Shown here: in pieces, positions 37,651 through 47,386 of the stretch
Numbering within the stretch: the stretch's first letter is position 1
Layout: each line of letters starts with the position of its first letter
NCBI GenBank assembly: GCA_964496885.1
Contig: CAZCBG010000009.1
Coordinates: 1,162-65,161, forward strand
Origin: an uncultured Bacteroides sp.
GTDB taxonomy: Bacteria; Bacteroidota; Bacteroidia; Bacteroidales; JACABE01
Direction of reading: 5' to 3'
Length of the DNA stretch: 64,000 nucleotides
Notes under the pieces: generated by a model
The model's input: only the letters and a program-made list of their open reading frames with translations
The model's database searches: none
Told to the model about the DNA's origin: nothing
Translations under genes and position numbers: made by a program

Positions 37651-38658
37651 ATGCTAAAATTTATTTGCTATTTTTTCCTGAGCCTGCTTAGCTTGAGTAT
37701 ATATGCACAATATCCTCCAGCAGCGGGACAAATGGGGTCAACTGCGATCTATAAGGATTCATCTATCTTTATAGATTGGGCAAATACTTGCAGCATTACA
37801 AGAGGATATATCAATTTAAGTGATACAAGTTTTGAAGATCCGGCTTATCCTGGAACTAATAGGGCATCCTTTGGGAATGCAACTGCAGCAATCGGGATAG
37901 CTGATAACAATACGGTAAGCCTAGGCGATAATGGCAAGGCCATATTATCATTTGCTCATCCTATTGCGAATGGTCAAGGATTTGACTTCGCAGTATTCGA
38001 AAATTCTTTTGATGATTTTTTTCTGGAATTGGCTTTTGTGGAGGTTAGTTCTGATGGGATTCATTTTGTGAGATTTCCAAATGTTTCTCTTACACAAACC
38101 AATATCCAAATTCAAAGTTTCGGAACATTAGATCCAACAAAAATTCACAATCTAGCAGGTAAATATAGGGTATTTTATGGAACACCTTTCGATTTACAAG
38201 ATTTACAAGATAGCACTGGTTTGGATTTGAACCATATTACCCATGTAAAAATTGTGGATGTAATAGGCTCTATTACTGAACCATTTATGAATAACGATTC
38301 TCAGGGACATATCATTAACGACCCATTTCCAACAGCATTCTGGACCGGTGGTTTTGACCTGGATGCTGTGGGAGTGATACATAACTCTCAAAATACAGGA
38401 ATAGATACTCCAAAATCTGCCACTGAAGATATTTTAATCTTTCCCAATCCCACAAAAGATTGGCTCGAGATTCGAATGAAAACACCCTCAAACTTAAAAG
38501 CCCAAATAACAGATATTGTGGGAAAGATTGTTGAAGAATTTGAAATGAATAATTCTACAAAAATAGATGTTTGTCATTTACCCAAAGGTTTGTATTTTAT
38601 ATCTTTAAAAGACGGAATGAGCAATATCCGCACAATAAAGTTTTTTAAAAATAAATAA
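37651..38658 (+). CDS. T9SS-sorted secreted protein of unknown family
   Basis: Signal peptide ending IYAQ. C-terminal CTD IFPNPTKDWLEI...GLYFISLKDG...IKFFKNK. The ATG at 37651 is preferred over the ORF-track 37615, which overlaps the upstream gene. Confidence 0.6.
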   Translation: MLKFICYFFLSLLSLSIYAQYPPAAGQMGSTAIYKDSSIFIDWANTCSITRGYINLSDTSFEDPAYPGTNRASFGNATAAIGIADNNTVSLGDNGKAILSFAHPIANGQGFDFAVFENSFDDFFLELAFVEVSSDGIHFVRFPNVSLTQTNIQIQSFGTLDPTKIHNLAGKYRVFYGTPFDLQDLQDSTGLDLNHITHVKIVDVIGSITEPFMNNDSQGHIINDPFPTAFWTGGFDLDAVGVIHNSQNTGIDTPKSATEDILIFPNPTKDWLEIRMKTPSNLKAQITDIVGKIVEEFEMNNSTKIDVCHLPKGLYFISLKDGMSNIRTIKFFKNK

Positions 38659-38659
38659 A

Positions 38660-40603
38660 ATGAATGGCTCTTATTTGTATAAAACTTTAATTATTTACTT
38701 CTTAGCTTCATTTTTCTTGAATGCGAGCCTTTTAGCTCAAAACAGTAAAGATACCCTCAAGCTGCCTACCGTAACCATTATAGATACTAAAATAAACTAT
38801 TTTCAGGGTTTAAAGATTTCAGAGATAGATACAGTGATTATTTCGCAGCAAATCAATGCATCTTTGGCTGATTTATTATCCAATTACACACCTGTCTTTA
38901 TAAAAACTTACGGGCAAGGAAGTTTGGCAACTGCTTCATTTAGGGGTTGTAATGCTTCACATACTCAGGTTTTGTGGAATGATGTTGCTATCAATTCACC
39001 CATGATCGGACAAATGGACTTTTCAATGATTCCTGTATTTTTTATGGATGATTTAAAATTAATATATGGAGGTAGTTCACTTTCAAATAACAGTGGAGGC
39101 TTGGGTGGAAGTATTAATATTGCAAATAAACCGGATAAAGAAAAATTGAAAATACAATATACCCAACAAATCGGAAGCTTTTCCACTTATGGTTCATTTT
39201 TGAAGTTGGGAATTGGAAATAAGAACCTAAAGTCAACGACAAGATTGATGTTTCTTACTTCCGAAAACGATTTCAGCTTTAAAAACAATGCAGTAGCCAG
39301 TGTTGATTTCCCGTTAGAAATCAGAAAAGATGCAGGTTTCAAACAATATGGTGTATTGCAGGAATTGTATTTTCAACCTGGCTTTCGGGATCAAATTTCT
39401 TTTAAACTTTGGCTTCAAAAAAACGACAGAAACATACCTCAACCATTGATTGTATCAACTTTTAGTGAAAATGAAAAGCAAAAAAATTCATTTTACAGAG
39501 GTATTATTAATTGGAAACACTATCAGGGAAAAGCTAAACTGGAAACAAATCTGTCTTATTTACATGATTTTCTGAACTATACCAATAAAATTGCATTTAT
39601 CAATTCAGACAATACGGTGAATGCTATTTGTGGAAAATTAAAATACAATTATGAATTTTCTCCAATCATCATGCTGAATTTAGGTAGTTCTTATGAATTC
39701 AACAGCGTAAATTCCAACAACTACAGCGGTTTGAAAGAACAAAAGTTATTTGCTGCATTCGCAGGTTTTTCATCAGCACTTAGCAAAAGACTTTTTGCCA
39801 ATTTTATCGTACGTCAGGAAGTAAATAATTCAAAAACTTTGCCTTTGCTTCCTTCGCTAGGAATAGATTACAAATTCCTAAAAACTTATAATTTGTTGTT
39901 GAAAGCTCATGTTTCAAAAAACTATCATTTACCTTCGTTGAATGATTTGTACTGGTTCCCAGGTGGAAATCCTGAATTATTGCCTGAAGATGGATTTTCA
40001 GCAGAAAGCGGATGCTCTTATGAAACCGATGCGACAAAAACACTCTCTATTTATTCTGAAGCAAGCTATTTTTATACAAATATTAGCAACTGGATTTTAT
40101 GGCAACCCGATGCTATATTCAGGTACTGGACGCCAATTAATTTAAAAGAAGTTACTTCGTCGGGTGTTGAATTAACAACGCGTATTAAATTCGAAATGAA
40201 GAAATGTATGTTGAAGCTCAATGCTTATTATACTTTTACATCTGCAAAAAACCTTAAATCTATTCATCTTAACGATCAAACTGTAGATAAGCAATTAATT
40301 TACACACCTCTACATTCAATTAATTTTGATTTCCGTGCTGAATGGAAAAACTATTTTGCAAATTACACCCTTCACTATACTGGGAAAAGATTCACCAATA
40401 CATCCAACACCCGATACATGCCTGATTATATGATAAGTGATGTTACAATTGGGAGTATATTGTATTTAAAGAATATGAAGAGCATTACTTTTCAAATAAA
40501 CGTAAACAATATATTGGATAAAGATTATCAGGCTATTGCATGGCAACCCATGCCAGGCAGAAATATGGAGATTTTGGTTAAATTTGATTTGAGTAAAAAA
40601 TGA
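38660..40603 (+). CDS. btuB: TonB-dependent receptor, BtuB-like (small 22-strand type)
   Basis: Signal peptide, TonB-box-like LKLPTVTII, plug motifs (RG...VLWNDVAINSP), C-terminal aromatic beta-barrel. 647 aa, riboswitch-controlled. Confidence 0.75.
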   Translation: MNGSYLYKTLIIYFLASFFLNASLLAQNSKDTLKLPTVTIIDTKINYFQGLKISEIDTVIISQQINASLADLLSNYTPVFIKTYGQGSLATASFRGCNASHTQVLWNDVAINSPMIGQMDFSMIPVFFMDDLKLIYGGSSLSNNSGGLGGSINIANKPDKEKLKIQYTQQIGSFSTYGSFLKLGIGNKNLKSTTRLMFLTSENDFSFKNNAVASVDFPLEIRKDAGFKQYGVLQELYFQPGFRDQISFKLWLQKNDRNIPQPLIVSTFSENEKQKNSFYRGIINWKHYQGKAKLETNLSYLHDFLNYTNKIAFINSDNTVNAICGKLKYNYEFSPIIMLNLGSSYEFNSVNSNNYSGLKEQKLFAAFAGFSSALSKRLFANFIVRQEVNNSKTLPLLPSLGIDYKFLKTYNLLLKAHVSKNYHLPSLNDLYWFPGGNPELLPEDGFSAESGCSYETDATKTLSIYSEASYFYTNISNWILWQPDAIFRYWTPINLKEVTSSGVELTTRIKFEMKKCMLKLNAYYTFTSAKNLKSIHLNDQTVDKQLIYTPLHSINFDFRAEWKNYFANYTLHYTGKRFTNTSNTRYMPDYMISDVTIGSILYLKNMKSITFQINVNNILDKDYQAIAWQPMPGRNMEILVKFDLSKK

Positions 40604-41661
40604 AAAAACAAATAGCTTATATCATCTTGATATTATTTGGATTTACAAATTGTAGTAAAACTGATTATTTTGGAGAAGTTAATACCGAAACTTCTGACTA
40701 TATTCCAGGCAAAGGTGTATTTATTGTAAACGAAGGCAATTATACAGCAGGTAATGCCAGCATTTCTTTTTATAACTTCTATACGCACAAGGTTTACAAT
40801 TCAATATTCTACAATCAGAACAAACGACCTTTGGGAGATGTTGCCGTTTCAATGAATATTATCAATGGGCTGGCTTACATCGTGGTAAATAATTCAGGGA
40901 AGATAGAAGTAGTAAATCCTTTGGATTTTAATAGCATAAAAACTATCTCAGGTTTTGCTTCTCCCCGGTTTATACTTGCAGTAAATACTCAGAAAGCTTA
41001 TGTTTCCGATTTAAGAAGTCCATTTGTATCAATAATAAACCTCGAAACTAATACGATAAGCGGAAGTATTCAATGCGGAAAGTCAACCGACAAAATGATT
41101 AAAGTTGGGAAACTTGTTTTTGTTTGTAATTGGTCGGAATATTATGTGCATCAGCCCAACAACACCATTATGGTGATCAATACCGAAACAGATCAATTGA
41201 TTGATTCTATTGTTCTTGGAAAAGAGCCCAATAGTATGGTAGTGGATAAAAATAATAAATTATGGGTGCTAAGCAGTGGGGGTTATAATAATGAAATGTT
41301 TCCTGAGTTAAACTGTATCAATACAAATAGTTTACAAATAGAAAAGACCTTGACATTCCAAAGTAAATATTTATCACCTGAAGGCCTATGCTCAAACAAA
41401 ACTGCCGACTCATTATTTTATATTAATAATCACATTTATAAAATGTCGGTTAATGACAATCAATTACCAATAAGCCCGATAATTTACAAGAATTATCATT
41501 TGTTTTATGCACTGGCTATGGATCCGGGAAATAATGAATTATACATCTCAGATGCAATAGATTATAATCAAAATGGCTTCGTTTTTCGTTATGCCACAAA
41601 TGGTATGGGTTTAGATTCGGCAAGAATGGGTATCATCCCTGGATTTTTTTGTTTTAATTGA
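40600..41661 (+). CDS. Beta-propeller surface lipoprotein (YncE-like repeats; BtuG-like position downstream of btuB)
   Basis: Lipobox FTNC. Repeated blades of the type Y(V/I)VNN.SG.I.V(I/V)N..T. ATGA overlap with the receptor gene. Confidence 0.55.
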   Translation: MKKQIAYIILILFGFTNCSKTDYFGEVNTETSDYIPGKGVFIVNEGNYTAGNASISFYNFYTHKVYNSIFYNQNKRPLGDVAVSMNIINGLAYIVVNNSGKIEVVNPLDFNSIKTISGFASPRFILAVNTQKAYVSDLRSPFVSIINLETNTISGSIQCGKSTDKMIKVGKLVFVCNWSEYYVHQPNNTIMVINTETDQLIDSIVLGKEPNSMVVDKNNKLWVLSSGGYNNEMFPELNCINTNSLQIEKTLTFQSKYLSPEGLCSNKTADSLFYINNHIYKMSVNDNQLPISPIIYKNYHLFYALAMDPGNNELYISDAIDYNQNGFVFRYATNGMGLDSARMGIIPGFFCFN

Positions 41662-41755
41662 ATTAAAAAGATTTTCCTATTTATAAAGTATTTTTTTAAA
41701 AGTTTTATAAAAATAAAAAAACAGCAATTTATGCTGATTAAATAAAAAAAATTAA

Positions 41756-41763
41756 TACTTTTG
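41756..41763 (+). promoter_or_regulatory. -7 promoter box TACTTTTG
   Basis: TAnnTTTG match, 154 nt upstream of the ATG at 41918. Confidence 0.35.
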
Positions 41764-41917
41764 GATAAAATTTCAAAGCATTTAAAATCAAAATTTACAG
41801 ATAAGTCATAAGTGTGAAATAATGAAAATCCAAACGCTTTTGAAAATTTATTTAAGGAAAATCTTACTAAAAAATTGTAGAAGTAGGCGACCGTTAAACT
41901 ATTAAAAAAATGAAAAA

Positions 41918-42658
41918 ATGAAAAAATTATACTTTTTCTTAATTGCAGCTTTTTTCCTTATGATTGGAACAAACTATGCTCAAATGAGTTATGATCCATT
42001 TGAATTAAAAATAAATAGTCCTCAGGAAGTTAATGTGTATAAAAAATACATGGAAGGTAAGACTTTTTTAGGTTTTAATACTGGCATCTCAATACCATTC
42101 GGCACCTATGGTGCGAATACTAACCTTGGTTTTGGTGCCGGCATGCAGGCAAAATATTTTATTTCTGATCACTTTGTTTTTGGAGCTAGTTTTAATTTTT
42201 ATCGTTCAGGTTTTACGGATTCTTATCTTACCCAAATGGATTCTGTATTTAAAGTTGCTGCTTTTGATGATACTACTAAACAGCTCCAGGTGTTGTCTGT
42301 AAGTGGGGCGTCAACACTATATCCATTTACATTAAATATCGAATATTATTTTTCTCCAACTAAAAGATTTAAGACATATGTAGGTTTGGGTTTAGGGTTT
42401 TACGTTATTAACCACAATCTTGAAGTTACAACGAATAAAGAGAAACCACAATTCTTTAGAGATGTTGAAGCAACTTATGGTGGATCTACATTAACTTCTG
42501 ATTTTGGTATCTCTCCATATGCTGGGTTTATGCTTGACTTTAATGAACTTATTAGTGCTAATTTTGATATAAAATACAATCAAATTTTTTCGAATCCGGT
42601 AGCTTCGTCTTTAACTTTTAATATTGGGATTCTTTTTAATTTAGGCTATAAATATTAG
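41918..42658 (+). CDS. Outer-membrane beta-barrel protein (OmpW/porin-like small OMP)
   Basis: Signal peptide ending NYAQ; amphipathic strands; C-terminal aromatic LGYKY. Confidence 0.6.
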   Translation: MKKLYFFLIAAFFLMIGTNYAQMSYDPFELKINSPQEVNVYKKYMEGKTFLGFNTGISIPFGTYGANTNLGFGAGMQAKYFISDHFVFGASFNFYRSGFTDSYLTQMDSVFKVAAFDDTTKQLQVLSVSGASTLYPFTLNIEYYFSPTKRFKTYVGLGLGFYVINHNLEVTTNKEKPQFFRDVEATYGGSTLTSDFGISPYAGFMLDFNELISANFDIKYNQIFSNPVASSLTFNIGILFNLGYKY

Positions 42659-42682
42659 CGATTAACCCTTTTTTATATCCTT

Positions 42683-42714
42683 GACGGGTTGTTATAAACA
42701 ATCCGTCTTTTTTT
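42683..42714 (+). terminator. Rho-independent terminator
   Basis: GACGGGTTGTT-ATAA-ACAATCCGTC followed by T7. Confidence 0.75.
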
Positions 42715-42736
42715 ATAAACTTTCCTATAATAACAT

Positions 42737-42744
42737 TAATTTTG
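42737..42744 (+). promoter_or_regulatory. -7 promoter box TAATTTTG
   Basis: TAnnTTTG match, 13 nt upstream of the ATG at 42758. Confidence 0.45.
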
Positions 42745-42757
42745 CAAAAAATAATTG

Positions 42758-43687
42758 ATGCAGGGCGATATTACTATAAATAATTCATTACTTGATACAA
42801 ATAACATTTTTTTTGTTTTTTGCAAACCCGACACTTCTCGCATTGTATCAAAAGCCGATTCAATTCAGCTTCATTCCGATTCACTGAAAAACAAATTCTT
42901 TTTTGACTATAGCTATAAATTTGTTAACAACAATAAACATTTTTCGTTGGTAACAACAAGAAAATCAATGTTTACGACTCATCAACTTCAGGTAAAAAAT
43001 TCAAAACCAATTGAAAGAAAAGAATACACAAATGATTGGATGGTAATAGTATTATTAATCTGCTTTTCATTAATAGCCTGGTTACTTATATTTTCCCGCA
43101 AAAGAGTTAAACAAATCATCAATGCCACTTATTCTAACAGGACCATTAACCAGCTCATCAGAGATGGGGATTTATTTAAAGAAAGGATAGCTTTAGCTTT
43201 TACAACTATTTATTTATTAAGTTTCTCACTTTTTGTATTTCAAATAGGACATTATTATTTGAATTTCAAAGAATTGGAATTGTATTCTTTTATTTTCTTT
43301 TTAAAAATATTAGCTGTAATCATTGGTTTATATTTATTAAAACAAAGAGCTACAAAATTTATTGGAATTATTTTTAAAAATTCAAATGCTTCTTATGTTT
43401 ACCTTTTAAATGGGTTTATTTTCAACATCCTTACAGGAATATTGATGCTGCCTTTATTGCTTATTATGATTTATTCAAAAAGCCCAATAAGCTCATTTAC
43501 AACAAATTTAAGTATCGGGATTGTTATTATATTAAGCATAGTAAGGTATCTTAGATATATAATAATTGGAGTAAGCTTTTCAAAATTTTCTCATTTCTAT
43601 TTATTTTTATATCTTTGCACTCTTGAAATAATGCCAATATTAATCATCTTCAAACTAATTATTGGCCTGATTGATAGTAAATTGTAG
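42758..43687 (+). CDS. DUF4271-type polytopic membrane protein
   Basis: About 6 TM helices in the C-terminal two thirds. Position just upstream of hemD matches the recalled Bacteroidota synteny. Confidence 0.55.
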   Translation: MQGDITINNSLLDTNNIFFVFCKPDTSRIVSKADSIQLHSDSLKNKFFFDYSYKFVNNNKHFSLVTTRKSMFTTHQLQVKNSKPIERKEYTNDWMVIVLLICFSLIAWLLIFSRKRVKQIINATYSNRTINQLIRDGDLFKERIALAFTTIYLLSFSLFVFQIGHYYLNFKELELYSFIFFLKILAVIIGLYLLKQRATKFIGIIFKNSNASYVYLLNGFIFNILTGILMLPLLLIMIYSKSPISSFTTNLSIGIVIILSIVRYLRYIIIGVSFSKFSHFYLFLYLCTLEIMPILIIFKLIIGLIDSKL

Positions 43688-44009
43688 ATTTTTTTAATAC
43701 ATAGAATAAAAATTTTAATCTTTTTTCAATTATTTAATATTCATTTTTAAAGCCTACTTCAAAATTTGAATATATTTTTAGAGATTCTTTTTCTGTCCTT
43801 TCTTCAAGCAAACATGAAAGACAAAAAAGGGAAATACAAATTTTTGGATGATCTAACGATTATTATTTCAGTTATTTAACATAATTAAGACAGATGAATT
43901 AGCCAATAGTTTACTATTTATACAAACCTAGAATAATTTTTTATGGTGTATTTTCCCGATAAAACGGGACTGGCTATGTGACCGATTAAAAAAATAAAAA
44001 TAATACCGC

Positions 44010-44765
44010 ATGAAAGTAAAAAATATCCTTATCTCACAACCACCTCCTTCAGATACTGAAAAATCTCCTTATCGTGATTTAGCTGAGAAGTACAATTTAA
44101 AAATGGATTTCCATAAATTTTTTAAAATTGAAGGTATACCTGGGCGGGAATTTCGTTTAGATAGAATAAATATGGCCGATTATACAGCAGTTATTTTTAC
44201 TAGTCGACATGCAGTAGATCATTATTTTAGAATAGCAAAAGAAGTAAGGTTTGATGTTCCTGATATTACCAAATATTTTTGCATTTCTGAGGCAATTGCA
44301 TTGTATCTTCAAAAATATGTTCAATATCGTAAACGGAAGATTTTTCATGGAAAACAAAGCTTTCCTGAATTGATGGATATTATTTTAAAACATAAGGAAG
44401 ATAAATTTCTATTGCCCTGTTCTGATATTCATAAACAAGATATGCCTGAATTATTGGAAAAAAATGGTATAAGATTTGCAAAAGCTATCATTTATAAAAC
44501 TGTTGACAGTGATCTTAAATCAGTTATTGATATTAACAAATATGATATGTTGGTTATTTTCAGTCCGTCTGGTGTAAAATCACTTTTTAATAATTTCCCA
44601 GATTTTGAACAAGGAGAAAAAATTATTGCTGGTTTTGGGCCAACTACTGCTACTGCTATTATCGAAAGTGGCTTAAATATAACTATTAATGCTCCCACAA
44701 AAACATCACCATCCATGACAATGGCTATTGAAGAATTTTTGATAAAACTCGCAAAAAAGAAATAA
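44010..44765 (+). CDS. hemD: Uroporphyrinogen-III synthase
   Basis: KNILISQPPPSD..SPY..LAEKY N-terminus typical of Bacteroidota HemD; two-lobed alpha/beta pattern; 251 aa. Confidence 0.8.
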   Translation: MKVKNILISQPPPSDTEKSPYRDLAEKYNLKMDFHKFFKIEGIPGREFRLDRINMADYTAVIFTSRHAVDHYFRIAKEVRFDVPDITKYFCISEAIALYLQKYVQYRKRKIFHGKQSFPELMDIILKHKEDKFLLPCSDIHKQDMPELLEKNGIRFAKAIIYKTVDSDLKSVIDINKYDMLVIFSPSGVKSLFNNFPDFEQGEKIIAGFGPTTATAIIESGLNITINAPTKTSPSMTMAIEEFLIKLAKKK

Positions 44766-44787
44766 TATCTACTGAAAAATCAAGATA

Positions 44788-44820
44788 AGAGACGTTGATA
44801 TTCAGCGTCTCTTTATTTTT
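44788..44820 (+). terminator. Hairpin terminator after hemD
   Basis: AGAGACG-N11-CGTCTCT followed by TTATTTTT. Confidence 0.6.
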
Positions 44821-44828
44821 ATATACAA

Positions 44829-45197
44829 ATGCAAACATTTAAAAAAGAAGAACGATTATGTAGTAAGAAATCTATAGATTTTTTATTTGCTAAGGGAAAA
44901 TCTTTTTATCTGCATCCTTTTAAAATAAAGTGGGCATTTGAAGATATTAAAATGATTTACCCTGTTCAAATACTGATTGTTGTTCCAAAAAGATATTTCA
45001 AAAAAGCACATGACCGGAATAAAATAAAAAGACATATCAGAGAAGCTTATCGAAAAAACAAATCGATATTAAATGATTCGCTGGAAAACAAAGAGAAACA
45101 AATAATTTTAGGAATTATTTACAATGAAAAAGAAATTTTTTCTTACAATATAATAGAAGAGAAAATAATTTTAACTTTACAACGTTTAACACAATAA
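44829..45197 (+). CDS. rnpA: Ribonuclease P protein component
   Basis: FKKEERLCSKKSIDFLF, basic RNR-like motif RNKIKRHIREAYR. Confidence 0.85.
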   Translation: MQTFKKEERLCSKKSIDFLFAKGKSFYLHPFKIKWAFEDIKMIYPVQILIVVPKRYFKKAHDRNKIKRHIREAYRKNKSILNDSLENKEKQIILGIIYNEKEIFSYNIIEEKIILTLQRLTQ

Positions 45198-45267
45198 GAA
45201 AATATTTTGTTACGCTTTATCGAAAAATAAATTGGACGGATTGTATCAAGCTTAGTTTATTAATACT

Positions 45268-45489
45268 ATGGGGAAAATATTGGAAAAACTGTTTATTTTA
45301 TTTATAAGGGTCTATCAATATACAATTTCTCCTTATTTTCCAGCCAGCTGCCGTTATACACCTTCTTGTTCGGCTTACGGTGTTGAAGCTTTAAAAAAAC
45401 ATGGTCCTTTTAAAGGTGGATGGTTAACTATTAAGCGGATATTTTCTTGTAATCCATGGGGAGGAAGTGGTTACGATCCTGTCCCTTGA
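45268..45489 (+). CDS. yidD: Membrane protein insertion efficiency factor YidD
   Basis: YQ..ISP....CRYTPSCS.Y...A...HG...G..L...RI..C.P...GG.DPVP. Confidence 0.9.
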   Translation: MGKILEKLFILFIRVYQYTISPYFPASCRYTPSCSAYGVEALKKHGPFKGGWLTIKRIFSCNPWGGSGYDPVP

Positions 45490-45590
45490 TATCAAACAAA
45501 TTTTACATAAAAAAACAACAAAGCAAAGGATAAATGCATACATGCTTTCTTCCATTTAACTACTGAATAATTCAATAATAATAGTTTAAA

Positions 45591-47261
45591 ATGACACATT
45601 TCAACTCCTTAAAAATAAAAATATTACTTGTTTTTTTCATTTTCGTTGGGTTTACAGGTTTGGCTCAAAAAAACAACGATTTTGAAATTTCAAAAAATCT
45701 TGAAATTTTCACCACCCTTTATCGCCAATTACACCTAAATTATGTTGATGAAATAAACTCTGGTGACTTGATGAAGAAAGGTATTGATGCCATGCTGGAA
45801 AATTTAGATCCTTATACGGTTTATATTCCAGAATCGGACATGGAAGATTACAAATTAATGACAACGGGACAATATGGTGGTGTAGGTGCATTAATTCATC
45901 AAAATGGTGATTATGTTATCATTTCAGACCCTTATGAAGGCTTTCCAGCTTTTAAAGCAGGATTAATTGCAGGAGATAAGATTTTAGAAGTAAACAAACA
46001 ATCGGCAAAAGGAAAATCTCAGAATGATATTAGTTCTATTTTTAAAGGACAACCAGGAACAAGTTTGACTGTTTTAATTGAAAGAGAAGGAGAAGCCAAA
46101 CCTATTGAAAAATCACTTACCCGTGAAGAAATTAAACTGTTGAACGTCCCTTATTATGGATTGGTCGGAAAAGATGTTGGGTATATTAAATTAACTAGTT
46201 TTACTCAAGAAGCAGGTAAAGATGTAAAAGAGGCTTTGCTGAAATTGAAAGAAAATAACAAAATAAAATCTGTAATAATCGACTTAAGAGGAAATGGAGG
46301 TGGGTTGCTACAAGAAGCCGTTAATATTGTCAATATTTTTGTTGAAAAAGGACAATTGGTTGTAAGTACGAAAGGGAAAGTAATCGAACGCAATTTTTCT
46401 CATAAAACGATGGAACAACCAACTGATATTAATATTCCTTTGGTTATTTTGGTTGACAGAAATAGTGCTTCTGCATCAGAAATTGTATCGGGAGCCATTC
46501 AGGATTTAGACAGAGGGCTCATTGTTGGACAAAAAACCTACGGTAAAGGCTTGGTTCAAAATATATTTCCTGTTAGTTACAATGCTCAGGTAAAAATTAC
46601 TATTGCAAAATATTATATTCCAAGTGGCAGATGTATTCAAGCTATTGATTATGCGCATAAAGATGAAGATGGTGTTTCTGGTAAATTTGCTGATTCTTTA
46701 AAAACTGCATTTAAAACCAAAGACGGAAGAATTGTTTATGATGGTGGCGGAATAGAACCAGATTTAGCACTTGAACCTGAAAAAATTAGCAATATTGCAA
46801 TAAGCTTATTAACTAAATTTTTAATTTTTGATTATGCTAACTATTTTAAAAGAAAAAATTTAAACATAAGTTCAGCAAGAGAATTTACGATTACTGAAGC
46901 CATGTATGATGATTTTATAAAATTCATTAATGGAAAAGATTACGACTATACTACCAGAAGCGAAAAAAATCTTGCCGAGTTGAAGGCAATCGCCGAAAAA
47001 GAAAATTATTTTAATGCAATAAAAAATGAATACCAGGCTTTAAAAGACAAACTTATACATGACAAAAATGCTGACTTGATTAAGAATAAAGACGAAATCA
47101 AAGCTTTATTAAAAACAGAAATTGCAAACCGTTATTTTTACCAAAAAGGAAGAATTGAAGCCAGCCTTTCTGATGATGCTGAAATTGCAAAAGCAGTTGA
47201 ATTGCTCAATGATTCAATTAAATATAAAAAATTATTGGAAAAAAATGAAGCTTCAAAATAA
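45591..47261 (+). CDS. S41 family carboxyl-terminal processing peptidase, paralog 2
   Basis: PDZ (GDKILEVN), IIDLRGNGGG, SASASEIVSGAIQD..GKG. Confidence 0.9.
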   Translation: MTHFNSLKIKILLVFFIFVGFTGLAQKNNDFEISKNLEIFTTLYRQLHLNYVDEINSGDLMKKGIDAMLENLDPYTVYIPESDMEDYKLMTTGQYGGVGALIHQNGDYVIISDPYEGFPAFKAGLIAGDKILEVNKQSAKGKSQNDISSIFKGQPGTSLTVLIEREGEAKPIEKSLTREEIKLLNVPYYGLVGKDVGYIKLTSFTQEAGKDVKEALLKLKENNKIKSVIIDLRGNGGGLLQEAVNIVNIFVEKGQLVVSTKGKVIERNFSHKTMEQPTDINIPLVILVDRNSASASEIVSGAIQDLDRGLIVGQKTYGKGLVQNIFPVSYNAQVKITIAKYYIPSGRCIQAIDYAHKDEDGVSGKFADSLKTAFKTKDGRIVYDGGGIEPDLALEPEKISNIAISLLTKFLIFDYANYFKRKNLNISSAREFTITEAMYDDFIKFINGKDYDYTTRSEKNLAELKAIAEKENYFNAIKNEYQALKDKLIHDKNADLIKNKDEIKALLKTEIANRYFYQKGRIEASLSDDAEIAKAVELLNDSIKYKKLLEKNEASK

Positions 47262-47386
47262 AATTTAGTTTATGAGTAAACCAGATTTATTATAGCAAAT
47301 TAAGCTTAAACCGCTAAGTATTTTTTAATGACTTAGAAACAAAAAAAACTAAAACCCTTACTCAGCATTCATTATAAATTTATAAA

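Noticed and set aside
43688-44009. 322-bp spacer between the DUF4271 gene and hemD, scanned for an ncRNA or small gene. It contains a 21-codon ORF at 43814-43879 and a 5-bp hairpin at about 43954-43969.
   Set aside because: No conserved-looking structure, promoter box or terminator could be drawn, and the small ORF has no distinguishing features.
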